In this document: positions 26,956 to 41,900 of the stretch, piece after piece
How positions within the stretch are numbered: position 1 is the stretch's first letter
How the letters are laid out: each line of letters opens with the position of its first letter
Assembly: GCA_015680685.1 (NCBI GenBank)
Contig: MNCI01001349.1
Location: 2,600-66,599, forward strand
DNA: 64,000 nucleotides
Direction of reading: 5' to 3'
Origin: Gnetum montanum
Lineage: Eukaryota; Plantae; Gnetophyta
Notes under the pieces: model-generated
What the model was told of the DNA's origin: nothing
What the model saw: the letters and a program-made list of their open reading frames with translations, nothing else
The model's database searches: none
Program-made: the position numbers and the translations under genes

Positions 26956-29900
26956 TGTTGTTCCTAGTCTCTTTCACATAATACTAATAAATGAAGAATA
27001 ATGCAAAAATTAGTAAGACACAAAGTTACCCTTAGAAAAACCTTCAAGATGAAAAATCCCAATAGAAAATCAATTCCTAGACTATTAGTAGCAACACAAT
27101 GTCAAGATTGAAGCATAGAGAGAATTAATGAATACAATGAAGGAGGATTGCATGGGAGGATTACATTTTATGTATTGGGAATTGTTGTTCTAAGAATGCT
27201 CCCTTAGAGCTCCTTATATATAGCTTAGGTTACACAAGTAAATCCAAAAATAAAAGGAGATAAGGTAATTTATTTTTGGTATACGATTTGTATGGGAATA
27301 AAATTCAAAAGAAAGAAATAAGAATTAGATTAAAAAATAGTGTAATAGTGGCAAAGAATATTGATTATGAAGAAAATCAAGGCATATTTGCCTTCATCCA
27401 CATTATAGTTCTCCCTCTTGAAGGTAAAGCTACTTTTGAAGAATAGTTTAGACGATTTTATGAAATCAAGTCTGAAGAAGACTAAATGCTAATTAGGACC
27501 AAAGCTCTTTTTTACCAAGTGTTGACTTCGTGAGTACATCTAGAAGATTTTCTTCAATAGATATCTTATTTAAAACAAGCTTTTTCTTTTTAATTTCTTT
27601 TCATAGATAATGATGTTGTATTTCAATGCACTTCATTCGAGCATAAAAAGTTGGATTCTTAAATATCCTTAGGGCACTTTGACAATCATAGCCAATATTT
27701 ATTAGAGTGTGAATGATGCCAAGTTCAACTATTAATATTTGAAGCCATATAACCTCTCTTTCTTGCTAAGTTAGTAGCAACATATTCAACTTTAGTGGTA
27801 GATTGAGAAACACAAGATTGTTTTCAACTTTTCCAAAAAAACAACACCATCAAAGTGGTTAAACACATATCCACTAGTAGATTTCATACTCTCAATATCA
27901 TCACCCTAATTTGCATCAATGAAATTATAAGGCCCATTAGAATCATTTTTGTAACAAATCTCATAGTTATAGTACCATGAAGATATCAAAATACTTGATT
28001 TACCATAACTGAGTGTTATTTCCTTGGATTAGACATGAACTTGCTAAGTTTTTTTAACAATGTTAGAAATATCAAGTTTAGTAGAGACCATTGAATATAT
28101 TAAATTGCTGATAGCACTAGCATATGGAATTTTAACCATGAGCTCGTTGTTTTTCTCTTATATTTGCACATTATTTAATTGAAAGTTTGACACTAGTTTC
28201 ACAAGGTGTAGTCATAGACTTGTAATCTTGCATATTAAAATTTTTAAAGACATTTTCAACATATGTAGACTATCCAATCCAAAGCCTTTTATTAGTCTTG
28301 TCTCTTTTAGTTTTCATACCTAAAAATTTGTGTGCAACACCAAGATCCTTTATCTCAAATTGAGACAAAAAATAAACTTTTAACTCTTGAATATTATATA
28401 TGTCATTCCTACCATTAACATGTCATCAACATATAGCAACAAGATAATATATTTTTCACTGTATTTTTAACGTACATACAAAAGTCTTCTACACTTTAAA
28501 TGAAGCCAATATTTATCATGTGGTCATTAAATGTTTTATTCTGCATCCTTGGTGCTTGTTTGGGCCCATATAATGATTTTAATAATTGACACACCATATG
28601 CTCTTCTCCTTTTATTTCATATCCTATAGGTTGAAGCATATATATTTCTTGCTCAAGATTACCATTGAGCAATGCTATTTTCACATCCATTTGTTCAAGT
28701 TCAAGATCATAAACAATTGTAATGGACAACAATGATCTTATAGATGTTAATTTAACTATTAGATAAAATATTTCATCATAATCAATTTCTTTTTTCTGAA
28801 AATGTCCTTTAGTGATGAGTCAAGATTTATACTGTTTTCTAGATTTTATCTTGTACACCCATATATTTCTAATGGGCTTTCTATTTGGTGAAAGTTTAAC
28901 CAATTTCCATATTTTATTCTTTTAAATTGATGACAGTTCAACATTCATTTCTTGTTTCCATTTTGTGTTTTGCATAGATGAACATGCCTCATCATATGTT
29001 GAAGGCTCATCATTTTCAATAAACAATACATATTCCTCTAGATGTTATGGTAATATTTTTATACATGTTCAACATCTTAATGGTTCATCTTCACTGAAAC
29101 TATTTTCTCCCTCTTCATGTTGTTCCTCCTCATCTACCATGCTATCACTATCCTATTCACTAAGGGCAATATCCTCAGTTGAGGAAGGATGACCCTCAAA
29201 ATTTTCATTATTAATTTCAATAGGTATATACATAAGAGTTAAATCATCTAAAGGAGTTTTAATATTTGAAGATTCCTTCTTTATAGATCCATATTTTTCT
29301 CTAAAGATTACATCTTGACTATAAATAACCATTTTATTTTCTGGGTTATATAACTTATAGGATTTGACAATATGTCCATAGCCAAGAAAAATACGTTTGA
29401 CAAACTTAGAGTCCAAGTTGGAACTATCAAATTTTGGAACATGTACATAGGATTCACAACCAAAAATCTTTAAATAATTTAAATTAATAAATCTATCACT
29501 TCAAACCTCCTATTAGAAGTTTTTCATCAAGTGCTAATGGAGGAGATCTATTGATAAGATAACATGTACTCATTACTATTTCACCCTAGAAATGCTTGTT
29601 AATATCAAATTCACTAAGCATACATCTAGCATGTTCCATTAATGTTTCATTGAAGCACTCTACTATTCCATTTTGTTTAGGAGTTTCTATAATGATCCTT
29701 TTCCTTTGAATTCCTTGTTCTTTACAAATAGCATTACATTCATTTGAGAAAACCTCACCACCATTTTTAGTTCTTAGAATTTTGATTTTCTTCCCCAAAT
29801 AATTATTAATGAGAGCTTTGAATTCATTGAACTTTTCAAATACTTCAAATTTATGTTTTAATAAATAAATCCACCTCTTTCTAGAATGATCATCAATAAA

Positions 29901-31336
29901 AGAAACATAATACATATCATCTCCAAGAAAACTTGTTTTGATATCTTTAAGTGATTCACATACATCACTATGTATTAGTTGTAATATTTGAAGAGACTTA
30001 GCATTACATTTCTTAAAACTATGATGCCTTTATTTACCATGTAGACAATGATGGGATCAATCTAAGGAATTTTTTGAAAACTTAAATTTACCTTGTAAAG
30101 ATCCTTAAGTCCTTTTTCACTAAGATGTCTCATTCTTTTATACCATAAATCAATACTTGAATTTAAATCAATAACTACAAATGCACTTAATTTTTATTTT
30201 AATGTCTTAGCTTCTAATTTATACAAATTTCTTATTTTAATTCTAGAAGCCAAAGGAGATAAACTATGCAATATTGAGCATTTTCCACCTCTAAAGATAC
30301 AAATTAGTCCTACATCATCTAATGCACTTACAAACAAAATATTTTTAGTAAGTGTTGAAACATGATGTATATTGGGAATCGATTTAACTTTTCTATTATT
30401 AAATTAAATCTTTACCCTTCCATAACCTATAGCTTTGCACAAACCATCATTACCCAATCTAATCATTCTAAGATTAGAAGATGTATTACTCACTGAACCA
30501 ATTAACATGTTGAATGATTAGATGCACTTGAGTTCACATATCATGAATATATATTAGCATTATTAGATGAGGGCACAACATACAAATCTCTCTTGAGCAA
30601 GAGGGGCTTTATGATTTTTTGATACATTACTTTCTTTGCCCTTTTTTGGAGAATCTTTACAATCTTTCTTTACAGGACCAACTTTACCACAATTCCAACA
30701 TTTAAGTAGCATCTTTACAATTTTTTGATGCTTATTCTTAAATTGTGGCATCTTAACAAACTTGATAAATAATAAAACATTTTGAGGAATATTAGCTTTC
30801 CTTCTTTCCTCCTAAGACAACAATTGATCAATAATATTATCAAAAATAAAGGTGGTATATGTATTACTTATTTGCTAAATATAATCATTTCTTTAAAAAT
30901 AACTTATTTGTTAAAGATTTTGTTTGGTATAAAGCTTGCACTTTATCCCACAAATCCATAGGAGAAGAAACATTGGAAACATTAAGCAATACCGAATTCG
31001 ATAGACATAAACAAATGGTACTTATCTCTTTTAAGTTCACTTTTTTCCATTCTTTATTAAAACTTTTTCCAGCTTCCTCCTTGAGATTACACTATTCTAA
31101 TATTTTTCAATCAAAAGATCCTCCATCTTGATTTTCCATAATTCATAGTTAGATCATTTGATGTTTTCAATCTCAATTTTGGTTGAAGAGGTAGTCATGA
31201 TTCCCTTTGCAAATACTTAGACAAAGAAAAAATGTTTTAACTAGAACTTTACTATGATACCAATTATTGTTCCTAGTCTCTTGCACACAATACTAATAAA
31301 TTTTTAAGATAAAATGAAGAATTATGCAGAAATTAA
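26956..31336 (-). mobile_element. Ty1/copia element (Tork/Tnt1-like), old and decayed; 5' LTR truncated
   Basis: 3' LTR about 26956-27407 with PPT 27408-27421; RT (28496-28732); INT (29586-29915 YYVSFIDD..PKQNG); knuckle CWNCGKVGPVKKDC; gag start near 31198; iMet PBS 31251-31262; LTR copy from 31265. Confidence 0.88.
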
Positions 31337-32499
31337 TGGCTATGAGAAGGATGATCTAAATTTTTGAGATAGTGTTAGACTTTAAATTATAATGCTCGAT
31401 CACTATTTTTATATTTATAACTTTATATGATGCTTCTATGTTAATTCATAATTATTTATAATCTTGTAAAATTTAATTGTAAATCATTGTAGCCTTTTTT
31501 GCAAAATAAGAAGCATGCATTATTTAAGTTATGTAGTATTAGTAAGAAGAAAAGGATGGGGAGTGTTGGTAAAGGAAAAGTTATAAGAGTAAAAGTGTAA
31601 GTAACAAAAATTCAAATGAGAAGAAAGAAAGAATGAAGAAGAAGTTTAAGATTATGAATGATTGAACATCATAATAAGAGAGAATAAAGAAGTTACAATA
31701 GTTAATCATTGTAATCTTTGATGAAATTTATAACTAAATAGTTAAAGGATTCATCATACATCCTTTACTGACGAACTGAAGGTGCAAAGTAAGACTCTAA
31801 AAGAGAATTATGATCTAGTTTTCTAAAGAAGAAAAGAAGATCGAAATTAAGCCAATTGTAAGCTTGATCTAATTTTTTAAATAAGAAGAGAAGATCACTT
31901 GGGAGGTTTCGTTAGAGTAAAGTAGCTAAGTTATACATAGGGTTTGTATGCAAGTTGACTAGGAATGACTAAGATCTCCATTGTAAGTCCAATAAGAAAG
32001 GTTTGAATTATAATCTATGATGTTCATAAATACTCTTAAATTATGAAATCCGTTAAAAAAGGATAAGTTATATAGTTATGAAGTTTAATTCCTAACCATA
32101 GGATCTTATTACAAGGAAGGTTACAAGTTAGATTTGTAGTATCATCTCCAAGTCTTCCATAATTCCTGATCCTTACACATAACATGTAGAAAAAGAAAAA
32201 CTAAAATTAAAGTTATTTCTAACGTTTCTTATCAAAGAAGCAGAAAGCCAGCACCAATCATTAGAGCCTAACTAAATAGATTGGTGGTCAATAATTTTCA
32301 AGCTCTTTAATTAAAAGTATCAAACATATTCATGGATGTTCTATTTATGAAAAAAAATTCAAGGTTGAAAGCAAGGGAATCATGAATTGCTTGATGCAAC
32401 CCTCAGCAAATAGTACTCTCTATTGCATCAATTCTTAGACCATGGGTTTTCTCAAAAGAAATAACTTTACCATATCATGCATTGGCTCCCAAATAAAAC

Positions 32500-34450
32500 C
32501 AAAGAATCTTGGGCTCTATATTTAGGAAAGGGTACCAAATCTAAGAACCCGTTGGATTCAAAGACTCACTAACCAAGTGGTTAAAGAAGAAGTATAATTA
32601 CATAAGAGAGAGAGTGCAAAAGAATATAATAGAAATATATTTCTTCACAAGAAGGATATTTATGATTGTGACTTATAGGTTTAGATGAAGAGGCTTCTTT
32701 CAACCAAGTGGTTTATAGGAAAACCTTATCCATATAGAAGTTTATCATAAATATTGTGAAAAAGATTGATAAATTTTGGGACTTGATGAATGAAAAATTT
32801 GCATACACCTTGAATATTATGGAGAAAAAAACTAAGCAAGAAAGAGGTAGAGACTAAGAAAAAAGAAGGAAAGATATAGAAATAGGAAATGATACCCACT
32901 AGCAAAACGAAAATGTTGCAGTAGTAGAAGAGATTACAATTTAAGTTTAGAAGAAGATGATGGATGTGATATCGAGTAGTACAAACATCCAAAGGGTTGT
33001 TACCCTATCATGTTACATCAATAGGAATATGGGGCATATGCTTTGAACCTAAAATTTATGAAGAAGTAGATGTTAAGAAGATTGCCTTATTTGCAAGGTA
33101 ATTATTGACAGTCCTACCAGTAAATAATATTATTCTAGTGGGGCTTCTCATCAACCTTAAGAGTAGTATTAGTAATATTGGTAAATCCCATAGTCGTGGA
33201 GGATGCCACAATCAAGGCAACAATATCCTTTCCGCTAGTTAAACCCCCTTTGAATACTATGTCCAACAATATATTTTTTCTAATGGTCCAGTAGTTCATG
33301 CGTCTACTTAATATTTACATTATCTTAAGTACTATTGACCTACAATACCAATACTTGAGTCATCATCATATGCATGTTATCATTCCTCTCATTTTTCCTC
33401 CTAGCACTCCTATACTCCTCTTTCACCTATGTCACCTTCACCTCCACTAATGTAGCGAGAGTTTTCACTATAGACATAATAGAAAAATGCTACTTCTATT
33501 GTTCAAATCCATTGGGATGATAGTGCTAGTAGATATGATCATAATTCTAGGAAACATATCATCTTCAAGGTAGTTTTCACACCTACTAAGAGAGCTATTT
33601 GACTTACCTACCCACCTAAACCTATGTGGACATGCAAGGTGCAACTCCATTCCTTACATCAATGCTTCCTAATGTTATGATAGAGCCAATAATGATTGTT
33701 TCCCAGGAAAAAAAAATGTAAGAAGTATCATGCTCACATATATCATTATAGATAGGATTAAAGTAGGTGCTCTTCCAAAGAAGATACTAAACTTAAGAAG
33801 CCCCTTAATTTATTTATAGATAATAAGAAACCCACCATGAAAGGCTCTATTATACTCAAGTTTAGATGTGAACCTTATCTTATAAGAAATATAGAAGGCA
33901 TAAAACCAACCCTTAATGAAGAAAAAAACATTAGCTTGAAGCTTATAAATTTGTCTATTACTATTTTCTTAGGATATGTTGATGATGTAATGGTTACCAT
34001 CAATGGATGGTTAGATTTAGTTAATTTCTTGATGATACACATGAGTAGTAATAAGGGAGAATTTGCAATCATTATTGGAGATCATGACTTAGCACCATTG
34101 ATTCTAAGTTAGGCATTAGAGATCTTTTCTTAAAAATTCCCAAGAAAAATGAACATAAAATTTTTGAAAAGTAGGGCATTCCATGTATCATATGTAATGA
34201 TACTAGATAAAACTTTGTGCAAAAGCTGTGAAGCATCAAGAAAATAAACATTCTAGCATGCAATAATTATAAAAAAGAGACTTGTGTGGAAAAGTGCTTG
34301 TACATGACAAGCACTAAAGAAAAAGGAACACAATGAATGATAGCAAATGAAAGCTAAAAATTTTAAATTTGCATAGAATCAATTAAGAAGCTCACCAATT
34401 CTTATGTGGATAAGCTAGATGAAATGGAAATGTTATTAAAAATGTCTTAA
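32500..34450 (+). mobile_element. Very old Athila-like gag/protease remnant related to element 2
   Basis: 33837-34112 (FLGYVDDVMVTINGW..FLMI..IIIG) resembles 39687-39914; KCLYMTSTKEKGTQ*MIAN aligns with KCLYVATTQQENT*WLIAN. Boundaries approximate. Confidence 0.6.
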
Positions 34451-34555
34451 GGTCTAATTGATGAACTTGATTCATGAAATGACCTTGCATATTATATTAT
34501 TTCAAACGATCTGTCCTTTAGGATGAAATTTGATAAATAAATTTTTTATTGACTA

Positions 34556-35853
34556 TGATACTAGACATACGATATTGTAGCTCTGATATCGTAGCACTAG
34601 GTACGTCATTATATATGCGATATTGTGGGATGCATGCTAGCCTATAAATATAGAACTTAGGAACACAGATTTGTAATAGATGTCATTCCATAGTAGTGAA
34701 ACTCTTTCAGTTTTTTTCTATAAATTTTTTCTTTAGCACTTAGAAGTGTGCCTATAGTGTGGTGTTGAGTGATTGTATGAAGTCTTTATTCAAGTGAATT
34801 ATACTTGGACACAGTTCATAACTGGCAATAAAGATCAAGATTGCTTATCATCATTGCAACATCCACTTAGTTTTCTTTCTATTTACTTAGACTAATTGTT
34901 TCTATTTTCCCTAGTTAATCATTTACTTTACAAGCACTTTATTTTACCTATTGAAAGTAAGCAATATGGATATGACTGGTTTTGAGTGCTAAGTGTAGTT
35001 ATCTTGTAACCCAGCAGTGTGATCACTTGGTATGCCTAGTAGTAGTACACTTGGTAATCCTAGTGATAACTACATGAGTCCAAGGCATGCATGGTAGACT
35101 AGGATTGAATATCCATTGCCATAGGATAGAAAGGATCCATTTACTATTTTCTTTAGAGTTAGGAACTATTTTCACTTTACCATATTTGCTACAAGTAATG
35201 GCCTTTTAACATCAACATATCATATACATCATTGTAGGTTAAACCATACACATTAAATACACTAGCTCAACATGGAAAGGCAATGGTCTTGAACTTAAAA
35301 AAAATTGCTAGCATATTTACACTACCTCATCCAAGGATTACAATCTAGTCATGTGTGAAAACCTATGACTTTTATGGTTGGATGCTGGATTACTTCATTG
35401 CTCATCATTGGTGCTATTGCTAAGGACAAGTCAATGTATGCCGATTAATTGATTTCATAAAGTTCATTGTATAATAATTCAAATTTAAAATTTGTAACCT
35501 AAATAATTAATCATACTTATCTAAATTTCTTAAACCATAGCATGGCTTCAAGTAAGGATACATCATCACTTGCCAAAGAGACAAAAAGGGGCAATGATAG
35601 AATCAACGATGAAGAAGAATGGGGGATGCCAATGCAAACAAGAATCACATAGGCTCACACTAACCCTTATTATTTACATCTTACTTTCATCTTTCATTAA
35701 AATAGTCAAATGAGTTGGAGAGACATACAAGGAAACATAGTCTTTCCTTCAAATCATGCAACACTTAAATATGCTCCAAACTACCTTGAGGGGAATGAAT
35801 TTGAACCAAATCCAAGAAGCGTACCATGTGACTAAGCACATGACAAGGCCCTA
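34556..35853 (+). mobile_element. 5' LTR (about 34556-35407), degenerate Asp PBS and gag start of a third Athila-like element, cut by the SIRE-like LTR
   Basis: GATATC repeats, TATA, end CTCATCA at 35407, then TTGGTGCTATTGCTAAGG; gag-like start near 35542. Confidence 0.7.
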
Positions 35854-35981
35854 TGTATGAACCATTGGACTTAGACGTCAGGGGGGGGGGGGGGGGGNGG
35901 GGGGGGGGGAGGGAAACTGAATAAGTTCACCAAATTAAAACTTAAACAAATAAAGCACACAAAAAACTTTACATGGTTCCC

Positions 35982-38900
35982 TGATGAGTTGTGATATCGT
36001 GTCTACCCCTGCGATATCGTGTACACAATATCGCAGCCTGTCGTAATGTCTATAAATAAGAGGTGGCTTTCCCTATTTTAGGCTTCTAGATCTAGACCCT
36101 TAGCCAAACTCTTACAATTTTACCATTCCAAAGTTAGAATAATTTCCATGTGCCCGTAGTAGGAGTCTTAAAGTGAACGGATCTTTATTCGAGCAAACTG
36201 TACCTGAGCACACATTGTGTACAGCAATAAAGACAAAATTTCTGATAAACCTTGCAGCATGTGGACTAAGCTAAATAGGAGTTAATTATTGTTAACTATT
36301 TAAATGCTTTCCTAGATAATTAATCTCTCTCAACCCTTGACTCCCCTAGTTAAGTGCACTTAGTACGACCGCTTTGAGCACGTGTATAATGCTTGGTAAC
36401 CTAGTAATGAGTAGCGTTTGGTAATCCTAGTAGTGTTGCACTGGTTCAAGGTGTGTGTGACAAGTGGGAATGGATACTGGTTCTAGGAAACTTCGGATTT
36501 AGTTAATGAAAGTTAGTCACTTAGTCTCTTCACCTTTCCCTATTAGCATAAGGCATTAAAAAGATAAAAGATATAAAAATCATATACCTCAAGCTTTCTT
36601 AACCATACAATCGTGACAATACAAGTAAGTTTGCAAAGACAGTGATTGATTAACCTTAAGTCTTTCATTAGGGTGTGTAAGCACTTAGTCCTTGGAGTTC
36701 GACTAGATCATGCATGAGATGCTCGTATTCACATGGTTAAGTGTAGGGGTACCTCACCACTCATCATTGGCGTCGTTTCTAGGGCCTTAGTTGTTTTTGC
36801 ACTATGTAGAACATAGGAAATCATTCATATCATTAGGAGCTAGAACGAACTCTTAGAGTTGATCAAAAGAAAAGTAAGATAACGGTAAATAGCACACTGA
36901 ACAAGATGAAAATGTCTTCTTCTCCACACAAAAGCACTTCACTGCATAGGACCAATACAAGAGATAGTCAGCGGCACAATACACGTAATCAAGATCCACC
37001 AGTTCCTCAAAAATTTTGTGTGGTATATATTCATCATGATGAATATGTACCTAACTTTACCTTTATTCTCCATTAAGACAAACAACTGCATTGGAGAGAC
37101 TTGGAGGGTAACATAGTGTTGCCTCCAGATAGAGTAGCCCCTAACATGTTCCTTCATTCCCTTGCATGAATAGGCATGTCATAGTTGTCCGATGAGTATG
37201 TTGCAAGAGACCATGACACAAGGGACTACCATCCCATGGAAGCACAACATCAAAGGGACTTGCAACAGGAGAAATACTATACATCATTGAAGGGAAAAAG
37301 ACCCCATAATGCTTCACCCATCCTAAGTGAAATTGAGGGTGGTGAACCTATTTCAATAGGTTCTCCACAAAATGATGTTCCCCCTCCTAACGATGGTGAG
37401 GCTATGGTGTATTAGAACCTCCACTCTACGATTCACAATCCTGGTTCTAATCCTCATGAACACCAACTGTTCAACGAGGGAACATGAACACATGATAAGG
37501 ATGGGCAGTCTGATCATAATCACGATCGGGGCTGAGACCACCGAAGAGAAGGTAGAAAACATCATCATGGCGATGGTTCTACTTCTTCTTCACCTTCATC
37601 ATTACATTCACCCTCTCCTTCAGTATCAGGACACAATCATAGGGAACATGACCATGAGGATAAGGGTAAGCAAGGTGAGAAACCTTGATGAGAGAGTTGG
37701 GAATGAGGATGAGGGCATTCTAGAGAATCACGGCATAGAAGAAGGGAGAGTAGGGAACTATGTAGACATCATAGATGCTATGAAAGAAATGACCATGAAG
37801 AACCCCTACTTGCAACCCGAGGCATGTTAGACATCACAAAGGTCATAAGAATTCCCACAAGGCACCAAAAAAATAGCAGGATCAAGAGACTAGACATGAA
37901 TAATATCCCACAAATTGATGGGGGATACAACACTGATTCTCAAAACCACTTACAAGAATTTCACAATGCATGTGCCTTGAAAAACATCGAGAACAAGTGG
38001 AAAAAATTAAAATTTTTCCCAAGGACACTGATGAATGAAGCGGAAAGCTAGTATCGGTCCTTAGAACTGGAATCCATTCGAAGGTGGAGTACGATGCTAG
38101 AACTATTTAATGATAAGTATCAAATGTACTCTCAGGTGTCCAACCTATGAAAGCAAATCCAAGGATGGAAGTAGGAAAATCATGAACCCTTGGATGTTGC
38201 CATGGGTCAATATTATGCACTATTACATCGTTGCCTGGGCCATGGTTACTCACAGCAGGATTAACTACGCCATCTCGTTGATGGACTTAGGCATGAAATA
38301 AGGAGAATCCTTGGAATGTATGCCCAAGGGAGATTATCAGAGCCTAGGTTCCATCGATCCATAGATTTTAAGAGCAAGTAGCTAAGGAAGAAGGAGAGCT
38401 ACGTAAAAGAGAAAGTGCGGAAGAGTACAACCACGATCCTTCCCTCTAAAAAAGGGGAGTGAGATTCTGTGAGGAGGAGGAAGAGTCACCACTCGAAGAG
38501 ATGATGAATAGGAAAATTGTCCAGCTCCAAAAATTAACAACATAATTCTCGAAAAAGGTAGATCAAATGTGGGACTCCTTAGATAGTAGATTTGAAATCG
38601 TTCTCAAAATCGTAGAGGAGTCTAAGGAGCGAAGTAGTGACTATGATAGAAAGAAAAAGAGGGATTTGGACCATGCATGTAACAAGGGTAAGGGTAAAAT
38701 GGCCATCACCGAAGAGGTTGTGGATTCTAACACAAAAAAGACAGTGGATGTGAGATATGCTAGTATGACCATCCTAAAGAATGTTGCCCAGAAATCTCAC
38801 ATCTGCAAGAGTCTAGGGTGTATGCACTTAACCCATGACTTAACAAATGGCAAGCATCCCGATGGTTACCTTATCCTTAAGGTAACCCAAAGTAGTTCCA

Positions 38901-41900
38901 CCAACCTTTAACATATTACCTAAGTGGAACTCCACCACAACCTATTGAGCAACACCAATAGTGGCAATACCCATAGTCATGGGGGATGCCACCACCAAGG
39001 CAACAATATCCTTACCAACAACTGGATCCATATGGCTACTATGTGTAGTAATGAATCTCTCCACATGACTCTATTGATCATGTTACCCCACAACATCACT
39101 ACTAAGCTCAAGAGTATTATTGGACTCCTTCTCCTACGAGAGATAAGCCACAAACATACCATCCTCCAAATCCATCCGCAACTCTCACACCGATAGCTCC
39201 ACTACCACCTGCTCCAGCAATGCAAGGGAACTCTCCACTCAACCGCAACAATGCACTGCTACGAGAGCTATGAACCTCCAACCCACTTTTGGTTCTGAAA
39301 ATCATACAAAGAGAAGACCTTTCTTCAGAACCAATCGTCCAACCAAGCTCTCACAATCACAAGCAGTTGAGCCTCAGTACGCTTCTCCATCAAATAAGGC
39401 TTCAAAGCTCCATTTAAACCAAAAACAAAGCTTAATTCACACAGTTATGTTAACGCATGCTGTTACTGACTAGATAAAAGAGGGCCACCTTTCCATGAAA
39501 TTCTCTAACCCTGGAAGTTCTTTAATCTATCTCCAAGTTACTCAGAATGAAACTTGTAAATCTTTTCTAGACTTAGGTTCTGAAGTCAACTTAATATCAT
39601 AAGAGATGTATAAGATCTGGAACCTACCTCCACTAAAGAAGAACAATATTCAATTAGAGCTAGTTGACTAGTCCATCACTATCCCCTTGGGACTGGTGGA
39701 GGACACCGTTACCACTGTGTGTGGGTGGTCATACCTAGCTGATTTCCTTATGATACAAGTAAAAAAGGACAAAGGGAACTTCCTAATAATAATGGGGAGG
39801 GCATGGCTAAGTAGCATAAATTCATGCCTAGGAATCCATGATCTTTCCCTAGAAATATCTAAGGAAAACACTTTTGGGAAGATCGAAAAGAAGAAAGTTC
39901 CATGCATCACATAGAGTGATACAAGAGGTGATTATGTACAGGAATGTTCAGCATTGCCTGCATACAACTGGTATGCCCAAAAAATTAACATACACAAGTG
40001 CCTATATGTAGCAACCACACAACAGGAAAACACCTAGTGGTTGATAGCTAATTAGGAGAGCAACTCACCAACATGCATGGAACTAACTGGGGAAATAACT
40101 TGCACCCATGTCAAAAGCATAGATACACTGGAGCAAGAGTGTTACAAACTTCCAACCCTTAACCTAAAAAAATCAATAAGGGGAAGTTGGAAATTTCCAA
40201 AAAATTCAAACAAATGCTTCAATAGGAGAAAACTAGTTGATGTGCAACAAACCAGACCTTACCATGAATCTAGAATGGTAAATGCACATAACACATTAGA
40301 GAAAGGATGACCTTGCTCATTGTTTCAGATCTCCCCTTTCCAACTTAGTCATGGAAACGATGGACACCTATGCTGATCATTTGAGACCCTCAGTTCCTTT
40401 TTAAGTTTTTGTTTTACACATTTTTTTTTACAAATTCCTTTAACTTTTCTTATTTTTGTTTTGCAACATCGTTCATACATTTTCTTTTCTTTTCTTTATG
40501 TGTTTATTTATTTTGTTTTGTTAGGTTCATCACTTAATGAGTGTTGATGATGGTATGAACTGTATTCTATTGGTTGCTAATGTTTTGTTTTTACCTTTGA
40601 GTTATAATGTTGATACTAAGGTATGGTTCTTTTGATATAACATGTAATGAGTCCACATCATCCATGCATCCATAAATTTCTATGGTCTCTCTTGGCTTGG
40701 AATTGTACAGTCCCCTTTCTTCAAATAATAAGAACTATCAATGAATTGATGACTAGCCATTTCTCAAACTAAGAAACGACTCAAGGATTGAAAAGGGTGT
40801 GACTTCAAGGGGATTTGATGCATTCGTGCTGGCCATTCTCTTGGGTGCCTAGGTGTTTTCTTCTTGAGTTTTCCTTACCATTCCAATGTTGCTCCATTAT
40901 CGGGAAGCTAAGTTAATAAAAATAATAAGTCTTTGCATGGTGTGGTTCTCACGCAAAAAATAAATAAATAAATAAACAACAAAAAAAAACACACAAAAGA
41001 GTGAGAATTCAAAGCACACCCCTTAGATGAAATAGGTATCTAGGCTACAAGCACTAGTTTTGAAACTAAACAAACATGTTCCCTCTAACTAAGGCCCTTT
41101 CTCGCTTCCTACTTTCTTCTTTTTTCATTTTGTTGGAATGGTGGTGACTCTTCGATGGAGGAATTCATGTTACTTCAAATGGATGGATTTACTTGATGTA
41201 TTAATGCGAAGTCACTAGATGTGATTTTTTTTAGGCTGGATTTGGAATGAGATCTACAAAGTCACATTAACCATTAATACACAAGGGGTTGTACATCACC
41301 TTGTTCTTAAGACTCCATTCCATTCTCTTCTTTCCATCCTTCTTTCTCCAATTTTCACCTCATTGTCGGTTGTATCAATAGTCCATATTTTGGTTGATGC
41401 ATTTTTTTCGTTTTGGTAAACTCTTGTGGTTAAGACTTTAACTCTTGTTTCCAATTGGCATTCCTAGAGCCTATAGACTCTTTGGATGCAGGATTGTTAG
41501 TGCACTAAGGGCACGAGCCTACTTTGAGGAGGATCCACTCGCATTCCAATTTGGTGCATCAGTTAACCTCTTTCCTTTAAACATTTTCACAATCAACATT
41601 TCTTTTTTCATAACCATCCCTGACATCCATTTTATCAATGTTGATGTTGTTTCTTTTTCTCCATCTTTCTTATTCCTTATCTTTTTCTATTCTCTCGCTA
41701 CCAGAGGCTCGCTCTTAGTCATGGGGTCCTGGTTGAATTTTTTCTATTTTCTCTTAACCCCTACACCTTGGGTAGTCACCAGTGTTATATCTCCAAAACC
41801 ACATCAACCATATCACAACTCAGCCAACGAACCTTACACCGAAGCAAGCTATCAACTACATTATGATTCAATTATCCTTGCTAATATAAGACTGTGTTGT

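Noticed and set aside
35881-35913. Long poly-G run as a G-quadruplex element
   Set aside because: Contains an N and sits at the G-tract expected at a SIRE LTR end; its length is unreliable.
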